A program made the position numbers and the translations under genes. From Azolla caroliniana (lineage: Eukaryota; Plantae; Polypodiophyta): DNA of 64,000 bases. Below, piece by piece: positions 26,916 to 41,000 of the stretch (within the stretch, counting starts at the first letter, position 1; every line of letters starts with the position of its first letter). The DNA lies in the NCBI GenBank assembly GCA_043228905.1, contig JBHGNT010000005.1, positions 1,736,001 to 1,800,000 of the forward strand, written 5' to 3'. The notes below the pieces were generated by a model. The model ran no database searches. It was not told where the DNA came from and saw only the letters and a program-made list of their open reading frames with translations.

Positions 26916-28877
26916 TTACCTTCTAACATCTGTGGATATGAGATGAAAGATATAGTAATTTGGTTTGAATTTCGTTTTCGACAGAAGACTGTCAAATCTC
27001 TCAGTAGCTTCTTTGCTTTCCTGTAGGCCATACAGTTGAAAATGATGTTGCCACCAAAGCTTACTACGAGGTTTCAGCTGCACCCAGAAATTTTCCATGA
27101 CCCTCATTATACATAATTACATGCTAAAAATGAGTATATATATATATCGACATCCTGCTATTACGTAATTACTTGCAAACATGAAGATGTATAGCATATG
27201 TTATAGTACGGAGCTTTCAAACTCACCATTTTAGAAGTTGATTTGATTCCCTCGCCAGTAGGATCATGCATCTTTTGGACTGATTTTCCATCTGCAATGT
27301 CAAAAAATCCTTAACAACGTAATGAAGATGACACTTCATACTAAACCTAAGAATCATAATGAGATGAATGAGCTAGTACTAGACTAAAACACTATAACAA
27401 CATTGCATTGATAAGGTAGGGAGAACTTTACTTACTTACAAGGACGACAACACTTTCCGATGTAACTCGTGCGAGCTCTCTAAGGGTAATATTGAGCTGT
27501 TTGGATGTCATGGAGTCCACAATATCATTGGCTAGAACAAGAGAGAAAGAGTTTGATCTATAGGGAAACGGCTGAGTAACATCGGCAACACGAATCAGAC
27601 CCTTCCGAATGAGATTTTCACATACACTATGAACTGGAGGTTTAGGATCAAACGGTAACAATCCCCATGCTTCTGCTTTTTCTTCTTTAAGAAGTTTCAA
27701 GACAACAGCACATGCAGATGGTCCTACATGGAGAATATGATCCATGGAGTCTGTGTATACCTTCTTGAGTAAAGGAAGAACTTCGCATACTGCAGTTCTA
27801 CACTCTGGTCTTGAAGCAAACTCTTCTGAAAAAAATAAATCAAACATTAGATGATCTTAATAAATTTATCTTACGGGAAAACTCTGAAACACACTTTAAA
27901 TTTTCCTTGATATCCTAAATGCCCCTGACTGTTTCTTTATTTTCCCAAATGACCCTAATTTCCAACATTTTTCCCACATACCCGTGCCGTGGTCAACCCC
28001 CCTCTCAAACAAATATACATGCTATTAAGAGCAAGAATACAGTCAATTCATCCACTTGTTCTGACTTGCATGTTCTATTTGAGCACTATCTGTATCCTCT
28101 TTTTTACTTGATTTTACTATTCTTAACCCAGATCCTACTAGTTGATCAGGGGCATCAAGGAAAGACAGTTTTTCCCCCTCGATCTTACTATACTTAACCA
28201 AGATCTCATGAAACATTCTGTAGAAGAGTACCTTTCTCATCTTCTGCTGTTCCTTCCGTATTAAGACTCCCATAAATTCGTGCAATTGTTGCTGAAGATT
28301 GATCATTTACTGCCTTTGTTGGATCTGTTACATGAAAATAAATGGAAATAAGCAATGGTGATAGCTAATGTACGATAGTTACAAGTTGTATGGTATAAAC
28401 ATGAAGTTCATGAAATAGGAAATAAGCAAACCGGAAATGGACAGATCTAATGTATGCTGCTTACAAGCTTAGATCTTGAATCTTTTACATATTTTAATGA
28501 AATAGGAAATTGGCCAGAGAAATTTTTTTTTGAAAAATATCGCTAAAACATAATCATTATGATTGAAAAAGAAATAAGAACTTACTCGAGGTGCTCGAGA
28601 AAGAATAGCACACTAGGATGACAATGCCCTGAACAAAGTCCCAAAAACCTATAGGTTAGTTCACCTGTCAACGAATCTTTTTGCAAAATCATACAAAGAA
28701 GATTGTATATCAAATCTTTGACAGGAAGGAAAGGCACTTATATGTGCTCACCACTAAGACAAGACAGACAGAGAGAAACGGAGATCTCTGAGTGAATTTG
28801 AATGGATTTAGATCTGCGAAGCTTGATTTTCCATTGAATCGTCGGGGAGTAACGGCTGATGGTCGGCGTGGCGGCAT
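26916..28877 (-). CDS. CGR2/CGR3-like Golgi pectin methyltransferase (cotton Golgi-related family)
   Basis: Exons at about 28877-28752 (MPPRRPS...SPFLSVCLVLV), 28628-28586 (GIVILVCYSF, membrane anchor), 28325-28232, 27826-27439 (LKKVYTDSMDHILHVGP...EAWG...GLIRVAD..PYRSNSFSLV..LARVTSE), 27291-27228 and 27080-26916 (RSKLWW...YYIFHL). Probable 5'UTR exon at about 29683-29770. Confidence 0.88.
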
Positions 28878-29773
28878 CTTTCACTGTGGAAATTAAACTC
28901 TTTGAATTACAAAAAATGAAGTATGTACAATAATATTAAAAGACGAACAGATCTGTAAGATAATACAGTATCAGCAGACTACTAGATTCTGCATTCTTTT
29001 GCCATGTGAATTGAACTTTTCTAATTCCAAAAGGCATTGTTCATTATGCATCAAAATAATGTATAGATCTGCTTACTAGATTCGGCAATTTTGGCTAAAT
29101 TTAACTGTTCTAACTGCAAATTGCACCATTTATACAGTATCAAATAGTGTATAGATCTTAAATCCAATACACTAGCAAAGATTTCAAGACTATCTAGTGT
29201 TGAAACGGGTGATAATATTACAGAGAGAAAATGAAATGGGAATGGATATCCATTCCACTTCCTGTTATGCTTACACTCTAAAAGAAGCTACAGAAAAGAG
29301 AGAATTAAACAGAGAATAGTAGTTCAAGAATCAATAGATCAATGCTGATCCGGATCGAAACATATATATATCACGAAACGTGGGAATAAAGGGAGATGAA
29401 GTGAGAAATCGATGAGAGGATAATATTCCTGTCGTTAGAATTATTGAAGGTATATAGATGAGAACAGAAATTAAGCAGAGAAAGCTTGCGAACAGAAGAT
29501 TTCTTTTACTTCCGATTCGTTTTCTTCCTTTTAGAATTAATGGATGGAATAGTCGGGAGATGTCATGAATTGGAATGCAAACGAAACAGATTCAATAGGG
29601 TTAGCGAGAAGGGACAGATCTGAGCAAGTGGAAGTGGGGAGACGAAGAAGAGAAAGGTAGAGAGAAGAAGAAGGATGCGATACCTGGAAGGCGACAAGGG
29701 AGAAGGATGTGTCAACCTCTGTCAGTCAGGCAGCTGGAGAAGCCATGGAAGCTCAGATACATACATATAGAGT

Positions 29774-29775
<2 letters not shown>

Positions 29776-29814
<39 letters not shown>
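29776..29814. repeat. (GA)n microsatellite, i.e. a CT tract at the probable 5' end of the CGR gene
   Basis: Seen directly. Confidence 0.95.
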
Positions 29815-29817
<3 letters not shown>

Positions 29818-31639
29818 TTAAAAAGAGAGAGAAAGAGACAGTTCTCATAATACTGTAAAGTATTTCTGTTGGTTTTGCTTCTGTCCCAACTTCACTGTTT
29901 TTTAACTCTTTAAGTTTTAACTATGTATTAAGCATTCAGTTCATTCATTCATTCATTCACACTAGTAACCCTTCAACAGATCATACATATCAGTGATCAC
30001 CATTCATTCATTATTATTGGGAGTCTTATCTATCTATAGCAAGCAAGAGCATGGTTCATCACGATAACACACATACACATATATTATTTGTTCGGATCGG
30101 CATCACATAATTTCGCAGCTAACCAATCGGACCCATTGATGTGCGGCTGCTTCTTAGTTTTTGCAGAAAGAATACGATGAATGAATCTTAGGGGGGCTAG
30201 ATAGGATTTGCTAGCTTTCCAACCTAGATTTTTCGAGTGAATCGGGTGTTTATTGTGAAGGTGAATGAATATCGGGCCGAATTTTCCGGTCCCCTTTCCG
30301 TGAGTGTGTGTGGGACTTTTGGCGGCAAAGATGTATGAATGTACTCTATCAGTTTCACCTACAACACTCTTCTTGAATCCAAAAATATACACGATTTGGG
30401 GCGTTGTAAAAGAAGACTATATACTTATGCATGTATGTTTTGTGCAGGACAACGTCCCCAAGGATGATACTTTTTTTTTGACAAGGTGCCAAGGATTGTT
30501 TCTTTCTAGGGAAAACAACATTATTGATGGCATCTATATTTTCGATGATGGATTCACACCCGAGCGTCGGTAGTGAGAAGATAGTGTATTGAGGTGGATT
30601 CACACTTACATGTCGGTCGTAAGGAGAAAAATAGACCATAATGTCACGACAAACATGTCATTTAAAAGACGCATGAGCTTTTCAAGCCCACCCAAATGTG
30701 TGCTTGGTACATATCATTGTTACATGTATGTCCCTCATAAAAAAATAAGTGGATATACCGTACCTTACATGCTTAAAACCATACATTAAAATGTTTTTTC
30801 AAACTCAACTCCATGAAGAGGGATGCAATCAGACAATCAAACGACATACTCCGATGTGGGACACTTTGGAATAGTTTGATTAATGTTTTTTGAATATAAA
30901 ATGATCAAATAATTCAGAACCCATGATTAACCAATTGGGATCCAATGATTGGAGAAACATTATACTAATCACAACACTAATTATAATAGTGTGAAATGTA
31001 ATGTTAATGGTCCATATTATTAACCTTATTACAACTTAATTCGTCAAACCACAACACTAATTATGTTTTTGCTAATGACAATGTTAATCATAAAGGAATA
31101 ACTCAAAATTAAATATCTAAGCATTCTATAGTAAAGTGTGTACAATGTGTGTTCTTTGAATGATATATCTACCAATTCTATTTTGTTTTTTGGATGAATA
31201 TTATATTTCGCAAAATATGAAAACATGGTTTAAGCAACGTGGCACCCCACCTTTTTTTTAACAAGAATATTCAAGGATACTTAAAACATTTACTAGAGTG
31301 CCTAACACTAATATTAGCATCATAAGAACATATATCGTGAACATAGATTGGTACATACATGATATTCGTGATATTCGCCATGCGTGATATTTGAGAATAA
31401 TAAATGGCCCCAAGAATATTATGTATAAAACCATTCAACTTGCAAAATAAATTTACATAAAAAAATTAATTAGAACAATCACGCATTAATAGAAATATGA
31501 TCAGGATCAAGCCCCCTTTTTAGTTTCACATAAAAATATCCACAAAATCTAGAGAGACTATAACAGGGGAGAGTTTATGAACCATTATATTCTAATTTAA
31601 ACTTCTAACTTCTAAGTAACACTTCTAGATTTAAGAGTC

Positions 31640-32390
31640 TATGCAGTGTGCACTATCATCTTCATCATCCATATCTTCAAGGTCATCAATAATATCCTCG
31701 TGAACTTCATCATTTTCATCAATAACATGGTTTGGCATTCTCAAAAGCCTCTCATCATCATCTTCTTTGTTGATCATATCTAATGTTACTTCAATAAGGC
31801 ATAATCCCCTTTCCCTTATTCTTCTAATGAGACAATGATTTGTATGTAATAAACCAATTTCTCAACATGAGCATGAGTCAATCTTTTTTTTAAAAACAAA
31901 TACTTTTACATCTATCCGTATTCCTATTCACATGCATTTGTGGGGAGGCCCTACAAATGCGAATATGTCAATCTATGATTGTGAACATAATTGATACAAT
32001 GCCATATAATCCATACAACTATCCAAAATATAGTATGAAATCGTGTTTACAACTACACTATGTACATCAACAATTCTGTTCTTGAAACATGGCTTTACAA
32101 AACCTTAGTTGACATTTTCTCTCACAACCCAAGGGTTGGAAACTTTGCACATATAAATCACCATATATTAATTCATTGAAGAAAATGAGATCCGAAACTT
32201 TTGTGAGATCTTTGAAGTTTTGTATGTTTGTATAAAGTCATACTTGTTATATATTGCAACGAATGCAATGGCCTCAATAAAGCCCTTGGATTAAATAGGA
32301 ATTCGACTCAACTGGGAATGACCTAAATTTTCATCAAATTATTTGAATCCAATTTGGCCATCGTTACAGTTGTGAGTGCACAACGAACTT
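31640..32390 (-). mobile_element. Decayed hAT transposase C-terminal remnant
   Basis: Minus strand at about 31890-31810 reads KKRLTHAHVEKLVY/HTNHCLIRR, matching the end of the hAT dimerisation domain (RNRL...EKLVYIH.N). An acidic tail follows. Confidence 0.55.
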
Positions 32391-32417
32391 TGTTGAAGGT
32401 AACCACCAGCCGCCGTT

Positions 32418-35400
32418 ATGGCGCCCTCTCGCACCACGAGGTCTCGACTACCTGCCCGACGCCCTGAGCCATTCGAAGGAACTTCCGACTCGGCGGTCAC
32501 TGACCAATCCTTTCCCGAGCAATCGGAGGCTTCCCCAGTGCAATCCTCGCCACCGGACACTCGATCGCGAGTTGATTCACCACCAAAACCCCCGCCGAGC
32601 CCTCCGGAGGTCAATCAACCGGAACTAAACCCTTTTCCGGTGCTACCAGAAGACCTAGAGTACGACATCATGCCGTACCCATACCCACGATACACTGACG
32701 GACCAGACGCGGAGTCACACATCCGTGCCTTCATATCCACGTGGCAGGCCAACCACTCAACGCACCGCCTCACGCCGGCCGAAATCGATGCCTCAAAGAT
32801 TGCCGAGTTCACACTCTCCCTCGATGGACCGGCCGCACGATGGTACTCTCGCCTCAAAATAGGAGAGGCCACCACTTTCCAAATCGTGCGCACAAAGTTC
32901 CTTGAACTTTTTCATCGCGAGGTGCCTAAACGGGAACTGCTCCGGCAATTCTTCTCTATATGCCAGGAACCACACGAAACGGTCGCGCAGTTCACGATCC
33001 GGTTCCAGGATCTCTACAGACAAGTGGCCGATGATGTCTCGGCACAACATATACCAGACATTTTCCTGTCCAATTTACGAGAGCCTCTCCGAACGACTCT
33101 CGCACTTACAAATTTCGCCAACCATACTATCGAACAAGTCATAGCGCGGGTTCTCGCCCTCAATCGGACCCAGCACGACGCGGCCTTCTCGATGACATCC
33201 TCTCAAAACGCTCTTCCCCAAGAGGACAATCGCTTTCGCCAAGCTCTCCAATGCACGACGTGTTCAGGATCAGGGCACCTGGCCCTCGAATGTCCCCACC
33301 GACCACAGTGTCCGATCTGTCAGTCTCGAGGTCACACTGTCGAGCAGTGCGAATATAATATGCTGAACCGCACAACGACGGCAACGGTCCGCCAGATCGA
33401 GCCAAGAAATACATACTCTCGGTAGGACGAGCGATATGCATACCGAGACCAGGATAACGACTGACCGCGATCCCCGGATCGACGGCGCCGAGACGACGAC
33501 TACCGACGTGATGATCGTCGTGATCACTATCGCGATGACTGGAACGACGATTATGCTCGATATGATGACGATCGCGATGACCGGTATGACCGACAGAACT
33601 CACGCATTGATCGGCGAAACGGCAACCGCAACTCACGCAACAATAGAAGACATAACGACAACTGCCGACGGGACGCTCCTCAAAATGACCAGCGCAACTC
33701 CAACGCATCTCGGAACAACCCACCACCAAACGAGATTGGGAATCAACAGCAACAGCTTCCACACATAGACCGAGCAGACACCAGCAGCTCGGCCAACGTT
33801 ACGTGTTTTAAATGTAACCAACCAGGCCACTACGCCACGCAATGTCCAACAACCGACCGTGGCAAGGCACCCGCGGTGAACAATATCATGGCTGATGTTT
33901 AAACCGTCACTACCCGGAGTAAAGCGTAGACTACACAGTGGCAAATCCAGGATGAAGTTCGTCAGGCAGCAAAAGAATGGATCGACACGGGCAATAAAAA
34001 TAATGTCGTGCGCATGCAAACTGACATCAGAGACGGGCCCAGTGAAGCACCACAAACCTCAGTACCATCCACGTCGTCGGAGGACGACCAGCTATGGGAT
34101 GTTCTTACCAACTCCTGCATCTCGTTGCCCCTACATAAACTGTTACCACTCCTGCCGAGATTTCGGGACACCTTGGCGGCACTCCAGGCCAATACTAAGC
34201 CCGTGACGCCACCAATACACCTCACCGAAGCAGGAACCGGTCCACCACTCATGGATTCTCAGAACCCAACCGTGCGAATCATCATTAAGGGACAAAGACC
34301 TACATGGATGCATCATCGACGGCGGATCCGGCGTAAACGTTATTAGCGAGTCAACGTGTCACAACCTCGGCCTGAATCAATGGGAACCATGCTCCTTTTG
34401 GCTTCGGATGGCCGACACCCGCTCCGTTCGCCCCATTGGTTTAACCCGCCATCTCGACTTCACACTCAGAGGCCACATGTTCACGATCTCGGCCGTCGTG
34501 CTAAGACTGGAGACACAAGGCGCCTACCCAATGTTACTAGGTTGACCATGGTTGCGTACAACAAATATCAAGAAACATTGGCAACGCAACATGATCTCGT
34601 TCCGAAGAGGCAAGACAAAAGTCAGAATCATCACTGAAGAACGAATCCCCGTCGCCCTCAACACTTCGCCGTTATACGCGGAAGGGGTCCATATGCTTGA
34701 CAGTTTGGCCGATGAGGAGGTCGATGACTTCCTAGATGATCATCCCACGATCATCCCTCTCTTCGAAATCAATGCCTTACCAACCATAGAGCCACCTAAA
34801 GACGAGGAAGTGACGGAGGAATCACCACCCCAAGATGAACCAGATCCAACCACAGTTGCCAAACTACGCCATGCTCGGGAGGCTTTCAAACGCGAACTCG
34901 CCATTTCACAACGAGTCAAAGCATCAACCCTGGAAACAATAAACCTCGGCTCGGGCGAGAATCCCCGTACATTACAAATTGCCGATAATCTACCAACCGG
35001 AGAACGGGCATCCCTCGTACGATTTCTCACCGACTACCAGGATGTTTTCGCTTGGTCTTACATCGATATGAAGGGGCTGGATCCTCAATACTACCAACAT
35101 CAAATTCACATCTTACCCGACACTCGGCCGGTTCAGCAGAGGCGCTACAGGATGAACCCCAACTATGCCGCTAAAGTCAAAGAGGAAATCGACAAACTAC
35201 TCCGAGTGGGCTTCATTCGCCATGTTAAACGGGCCATGTGGTTGAGCCCGATCGTAGTGGTCCCAAAGAAGAACGGAAAAATCCGCGTCTGCGTCAACTA
35301 TCGGAAGCTTAACGCGGCAACAGTCACCGACGGTTTCCCTCTCCCATTCACGGACAACGTCCTCGACACGGTAGCCGGCCACGAATGCTACAGTTTCCTC

Positions 35401-37798
35401 GACGGGTTCAGCGGCTATAACCAGATAAGAATGCACCTGGAGGATCAGGAGAAAACCGCTTTCGTCACGGAATGGGGTGTTTTATTAGCAGAAGTAATGA
35501 TGTTCGGTCTAAAAACGGCGCCGGCTACGTTCTAGCGCATCATCACCGAAATCTTTCATGACTACATCCCGACGTTCATGCAAGTCTTTCTCGACGATTT
35601 CGCCGTGTATGGCCATCGACGGGAACACATGAGCCAGTTACGACTCTACTTGGACCGATGTCACCAAGCTCGATTGAGCTTAAACCCGGCGAAATGCGCG
35701 TTCTTAGTCACCAACGGCAACCTTCTCGGCCACATTGTCAGTCAAGAAGGCATTGCTATGGACCCGGATAAAGTAAAGGCAATCCTGACCGCCACCGCAC
35801 CCTCGAACGCTAAGGCACTAAGCCGATTTTTGGGACAGATCCGGTGGCACAACCGAATGATACGACACCTGGCCGATTTCGTGACACCTTTACATGCGGC
35901 AATCCATCGCCTTCCCTTCCAATGTACGTCAATCGAGGACACGACCTATCAGACCCTGAAACTAATGTTGTCACATGCCTCGGTGGTCCAGTCTCCGGTT
36001 TGGTCCGAACCGTTTCATGTCTTCGTAGATGCTTCGGACATCGCCATCGGAAGTGCCCTGATGCAATGCACACCCCCGAATTGGTATAGGCCCGTGTACT
36101 ACGCCAGCTGTCGGCTCTCGACCGCGGAAAAGAATTACTCCACCACCGAGCGGGAGGCCCTCGGTATGATTTATAGCATCAATAAATTCTGACATTACCT
36201 CTTGGGCCGGAAATTTACCTTTCATGTGGATCACTCGGCCCTTCTTTATTTGGTCAATAAACAAGCCCTCACCGGACGGTTGGCTCGGTGGATGCTCCTA
36301 CTCCAAGAGTTTGATTTCCAGATTCAGCATCGACCCGAGGTACAACATGCCGTCGCCGACTACTTGAGCCGTCTTGAGTCAGGGGAACCGGCGAAAACAA
36401 CGTACGACGAGCTACCTGACGCCAACCTATTTAACTTGACCACGATGCCAGACGATAACGAAGATGAATGGATCACGAAGATGAATGGATCACGGAGATG
36501 ACCCATTTTCTCACTACCGGTTTACCTCTCGAGCACATGCCCCTTGACATGAGAAAACGCCTAGCAGTGCGTAGCCGGAATTTTTGCCTCGTCTCGGACA
36601 TTCTCTACCACAAAGGCTCGGACGACATATGGCGCCGAGCGATTCGGCAATTCGAGAAGAACGCCATTCTTCAGGAGGCCCACCAGGGAGTAGCTGGGGG
36701 GCACTACGCCAGGGATTCCACGGCAAGGAAAGTTTGGCAAAGCGGATTGTGGTGGCCGACAACAAAGAGAGACGTTGACGAGTTTTGCCGTCAGTGCGAT
36801 TTGTGCCAACGACTGGGGCAACCAATGGAACAGTCACGCATGCCACACCAGTTGATTCTTCCGTTGGACCCATTTCAAAACTGGGGTTTGGATTTTGTAG
36901 GCCCTTTCAAACCACCCGCGGCCCGTACAAGGAATAGGTATATTATCGTTGCCACGGATTACTGCACCAAATGGGTCGAGGCTAAGGCACTCCGAGACAA
37001 CACGGCGGCATCCACGGCTAAATTCGTGTACGAGCACCTCTGGTGCCGTTACGGATGCCCAATCGAGCTTGTTAGTGACCAAGTGGGTACTCCATCAATC
37101 ATATAATACGTGAGCTTACACACCACTACGCGGTGGTGCACAAGAAAAGCACACCATACTACCCGCAGGCGAACGACTTGGCGGAATCGACCAATAAAAT
37201 CCTCCAAACCATACTGAAGAAGATCATCAATGAAAACAAGACCGATTGGGATGACAAACTCCAGAGCGCGTTGTGGGCGTATCGTACGACTTTCAAAACA
37301 AGCATCCAATCAACCCCCTTTCGAATGGCGTTCGGGTTAGAAGCCGTAATGCCCGTTGAGTTCCACGTCCCGAGCCTCCGAGTTCAAATCAAAGCACGGC
37401 TCCCCGAGGCCCAATCCGAGCAATACCGGCTGGAACAACTCCTCGAACTCGGCGAAGACAGGATAGAGAGTATGGCCCAGCTCGAACAACACCAACGACA
37501 ACGCAAGGCTTTCGTAGATCGACATCGAAACGGGTTGGAAAAGGAGCTCACCATCGGCAAACCGGTTCTTCTTTTTCAAACACGACTGGGGTCTATGACG
37601 GGAAAATTAAGATTTCGGTGGACCGGTCCATTCTGGATTATCGACGAGTTCAATGGGACGTTCCAGCTCGGAACACTCGCCGGCGACACTGTCAAAAGCT
37701 GGGCCAATGGTTTCCGATTTCGACCATATCGAGGCACTACACCACCCAACCCGTTTCGGGAAACCACCACGGAGGAGGCCACGTGTCCCCCTGAATAA
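32418..37798 (+). pseudogene. gag-pol polyprotein, disrupted
   Basis: Retrotrans_gag (SLDGPAARWY...QEPHETVAQF), three CCHC knuckles, protease (IIDGGSGVNVI, ~34310), RT (WLSPIVVVPKKNGK, FLDGFSGYNQI, VFLDDF), RNase H (VFVDASD, YSTTEREALG, HVDHSAL) and integrase (H..GGHY, CDLCQR, WGLDFVGP, YYPQAN, LWAYRT, GPF). In-frame stops at 33423, 33462, 33900, 33927, 35533 and 36190. Frameshifts at about 34298, 36470 and 37085. Confidence 0.93.
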
Positions 37799-38004
37799 GG
37801 ACTCACCCACCTTCTTGAAATTAATAAAGTAGGTAGGATTAACCATAGTTTAGCCCCGATTAGCTACACCTACACCACCCACCTAGGCACCCACAAATTT
37901 AGGAGCACCCCTCGCCACCACTCATTTAGTACCCTATTTAAGCACATGCAAAGCACTAGAAGCACCCCACTCACCTTCAGGACACGTGGTGCTAGTCACT
38001 TATT

Positions 38005-41000
38005 ATGGCACCCACGACTCAGAATCTTCAGGATTCGCTTCGGGCACAAAACCCTAGGAGTAAGTTACTAAAACCGTTTCCAAAACGCAGCACAGACACA
38101 GAAGTTCATTATCGCTCCCAATCTCCATCGCTCTCAAGCTCAGAAGCCCCTTCTCGCTCTCATCGCTCTAAACGCTCTCGCTCTCAAGCCCTCTTTCGCT
38201 CTCATAGCCCCTCTGTTGAACTTCCCCTTCCTGCTGTTCCTCCTCTGTCTCGCCCTCGCCTCATCACTCTTCTTCACTCTTCCCCACAGTCAAACCCCGT
38301 CTCCATCTCCACCATGCCTCTTACCGCTTCAACAGAAACCCGCGCCTGGCTCCAGGAACGAGGAATGGGCGGTTACCTAAAGATCATCGATGCCCCCGCG
38401 CACCTAGATGCCCAAGGAGTGGCTAAACGTATTTGTCTCGACGCCATCACCAACAACGTGCTTCGGGCTGTTTTGGACCTGCAACGGGGAGGGGACCATG
38501 AGGTCGACATACCCCCGGCATCGAAGCTGAAAGAGTACTTCGGTGAGTACTCAGCCTCAAGGAAGGCATATCGCACGTATGGCGGTCCCAACAGATCTTT
38601 CGGGGAGATTGCTTGTATATTGATGGAGTATGTGTTCGTGCATACGAACCCGACGAGCATGCCGCAGAACAAGGCAACCATCATCATCAGCGCGTATGAA
38701 GGAAACAGAGTCGATTGGGGAATCATCACAGGCGAAGGACTCTGCGCCGCCTTAGCCTCATTCCAGTCCGGTAAGAAGATGTTGTCTGTTCTTACCCACT
38801 TTTTGATGGTTCTATACCCACCCTCTTCTCTTCCTTCCCCTCACACACTCACGTCCCCACCCCCACCACGAAGGCAGAGAGAGAAATTCGTTGCCATCAG
38901 CCACGAAGCATGGGAGGAGCCCACATCGCCTTCACCTCCTGCCGCCGACCAAAACCCCGCATCTGCACCACCACCCACCCAACCACAACAAAAAAGGGCA
39001 GTTTCTGAGACCTGCCAAGAATGGGAGGAGAAGATAGCCATGGAGGACAACACGGCAGATGATGTCACCATTCGACAGGCAACGCCGCGCCCCTCGGTAA
39101 CTTCCCCAGGGCCTAGCCCACGCCCCAACACACAGCAGGCAGCACCACCACGACCCCAGAAAAGGAAGCAGGCGGAGGAAACGACACTACCGGCCCCAGA
39201 ACCCCAAACCCAGCCGAGCAAGAGAAGACGACTCAACCGCGAGTCCTCGGCAGAACAGAAAGAGCCATAACAGGAGAAAGCCTTAGTTGTCAGCCAGAGC
39301 AACCTGGCCATCATCCCTGAGGAGGCATCACTGAACCAAGGAAAGATCGAGCATGGGCAGACAACGCAGATCTCGGAGGATGAAGTCCTCGGGTATAAAG
39401 ACCTCCCCGCGGAGGCTTACAAATTTAGTGCGCTCTTACGCCTCGGTACGACATTCGAGTTGGTCGACTTCCTCGCCAGAGCCCAAGTCGCGGCAACCGC
39501 TCGAATGGCGGAAGAGCACGCCGAAACAAAAATGATTCAACGCGTGCTATTAGGTGAAATTGAGCTCCAGGACGATAGGGCTTTACAAAAAATAGGGAGA
39601 AAGAAGTAGGCAAAACAGGCCGCTCTCCTCATGGAGGTCCCCGAGTTGAACACGGCCCTTATCGAGGCATATAGGGACCTGGATCGCACTACGCGGGCAG
39701 CCAAAGACATGGCCCGAAAGATAAAAATAGCCCAAAAACAGGCTAAGGTGGCTACGGAATTATGGCACGCTGCGAAACAGAAACTGGCAGCCTGGGAGCA
39801 AAACCGGCTGCAACAACATCTCTTGAGCCTTCTGGCCACGACCACCGAGGACCTCCACGCATAACAATGATGGATGAAAGCACCGTCACGGATTCAATCC
39901 TGACGATCCAAGCCAGCACACAAACGGACTCGTTACAAATGGTCGAGGCCTGCACAACAACCGAGGCGGCCACGCCCATGGAGAAGACCAAGATACCACC
40001 CCCTCGTCCACCCAAGGAGGTGGCAACCCAGACAGAACCCCCGCTCCAGGATTACCGAGCGGAGCTTAAAGAAGAACAACGTCGAACCGAGAGACACGAA
40101 CAACGGCATCAGGAGGCGATGGCTCGCCTAAAAGAAGACGCTTCCAAGCAGATGGCCGAGATTAGAGCCCAGGCCGACCAAAGGATACACGAGCAGAACG
40201 AAGCACTGGGCCGGGTACAAGCGCAAGCCGCGGGCAAAGAAGCCGAACTCAAAAGCAAGCTGGAGGAATACGCAGCCACAGTGGCAGAGAAAGAGAAGGA
40301 GGTCCTAGACCTACAGGCCGTGCTCAACAATGCAAAAGACTGGAACCACCGGCAAGAGGAAAGAAATCGCCAACAGGAGGAGAGAATGATCGCGGAGAAT
40401 GCCGAGCTGCAGAGTCAGCGTACGACCCTTAAAGAAATGGCTGACGAGTTTTTCATCAAATGCAAGCTACTTTCGGAGCAAAAAATGAATTATCTGATTC
40501 CTACTTCGCCCTACAAGAAGAGAGAATCGTCGAACGGGAACAAGTCCGGGCCGCGTGTCAAAAAGAATGGGAGAAAGCTACCGAAGAACTCACCAAGCAT
40601 TATGAGCAGTTTATCCAGCTTGTAACCGCGGATGCAAAGAACACTCAAGCCACCTATGAACTACTAGCAAAGAAGCTTCAGGCCGAGGTCAACGACTTAA
40701 AACAGGAATTAGCAGTCGTCCGAGCATAGCTCGACATGGATGAGACACGCATCAGAATACTGATCGAGAAACAGCGCCAGCACCTCACCAAAAAGGTCGA
40801 GGAAACATTAAGTCGCACAAGAGACGAATGGGCAGCCCAAGCTGCCGAATTGCATATTTTACGCGCCGACGTCGAGAACCGACGGAAGGAGGGCCGCGGC
40901 TTTTACAAAATGGACGAAGCCAGCATACAAAACCTGCGTGCAGATTTAACCGAGGATTACCAGTCCTTGGCAAAATCTCACACCGCGGCAATCGAGCAAA

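Noticed and set aside
32419-32426. TGGCGCCC as a tRNA primer-binding site
   Set aside because: It overlaps the gag ATG, the match does not extend, and no LTR end lies just before it.
33423-40729. In-frame stops as U-to-C editing sites or programmed readthrough
   Set aside because: Editing of this type is organellar. Co-occurring frameshifts show ordinary decay of a nuclear element.
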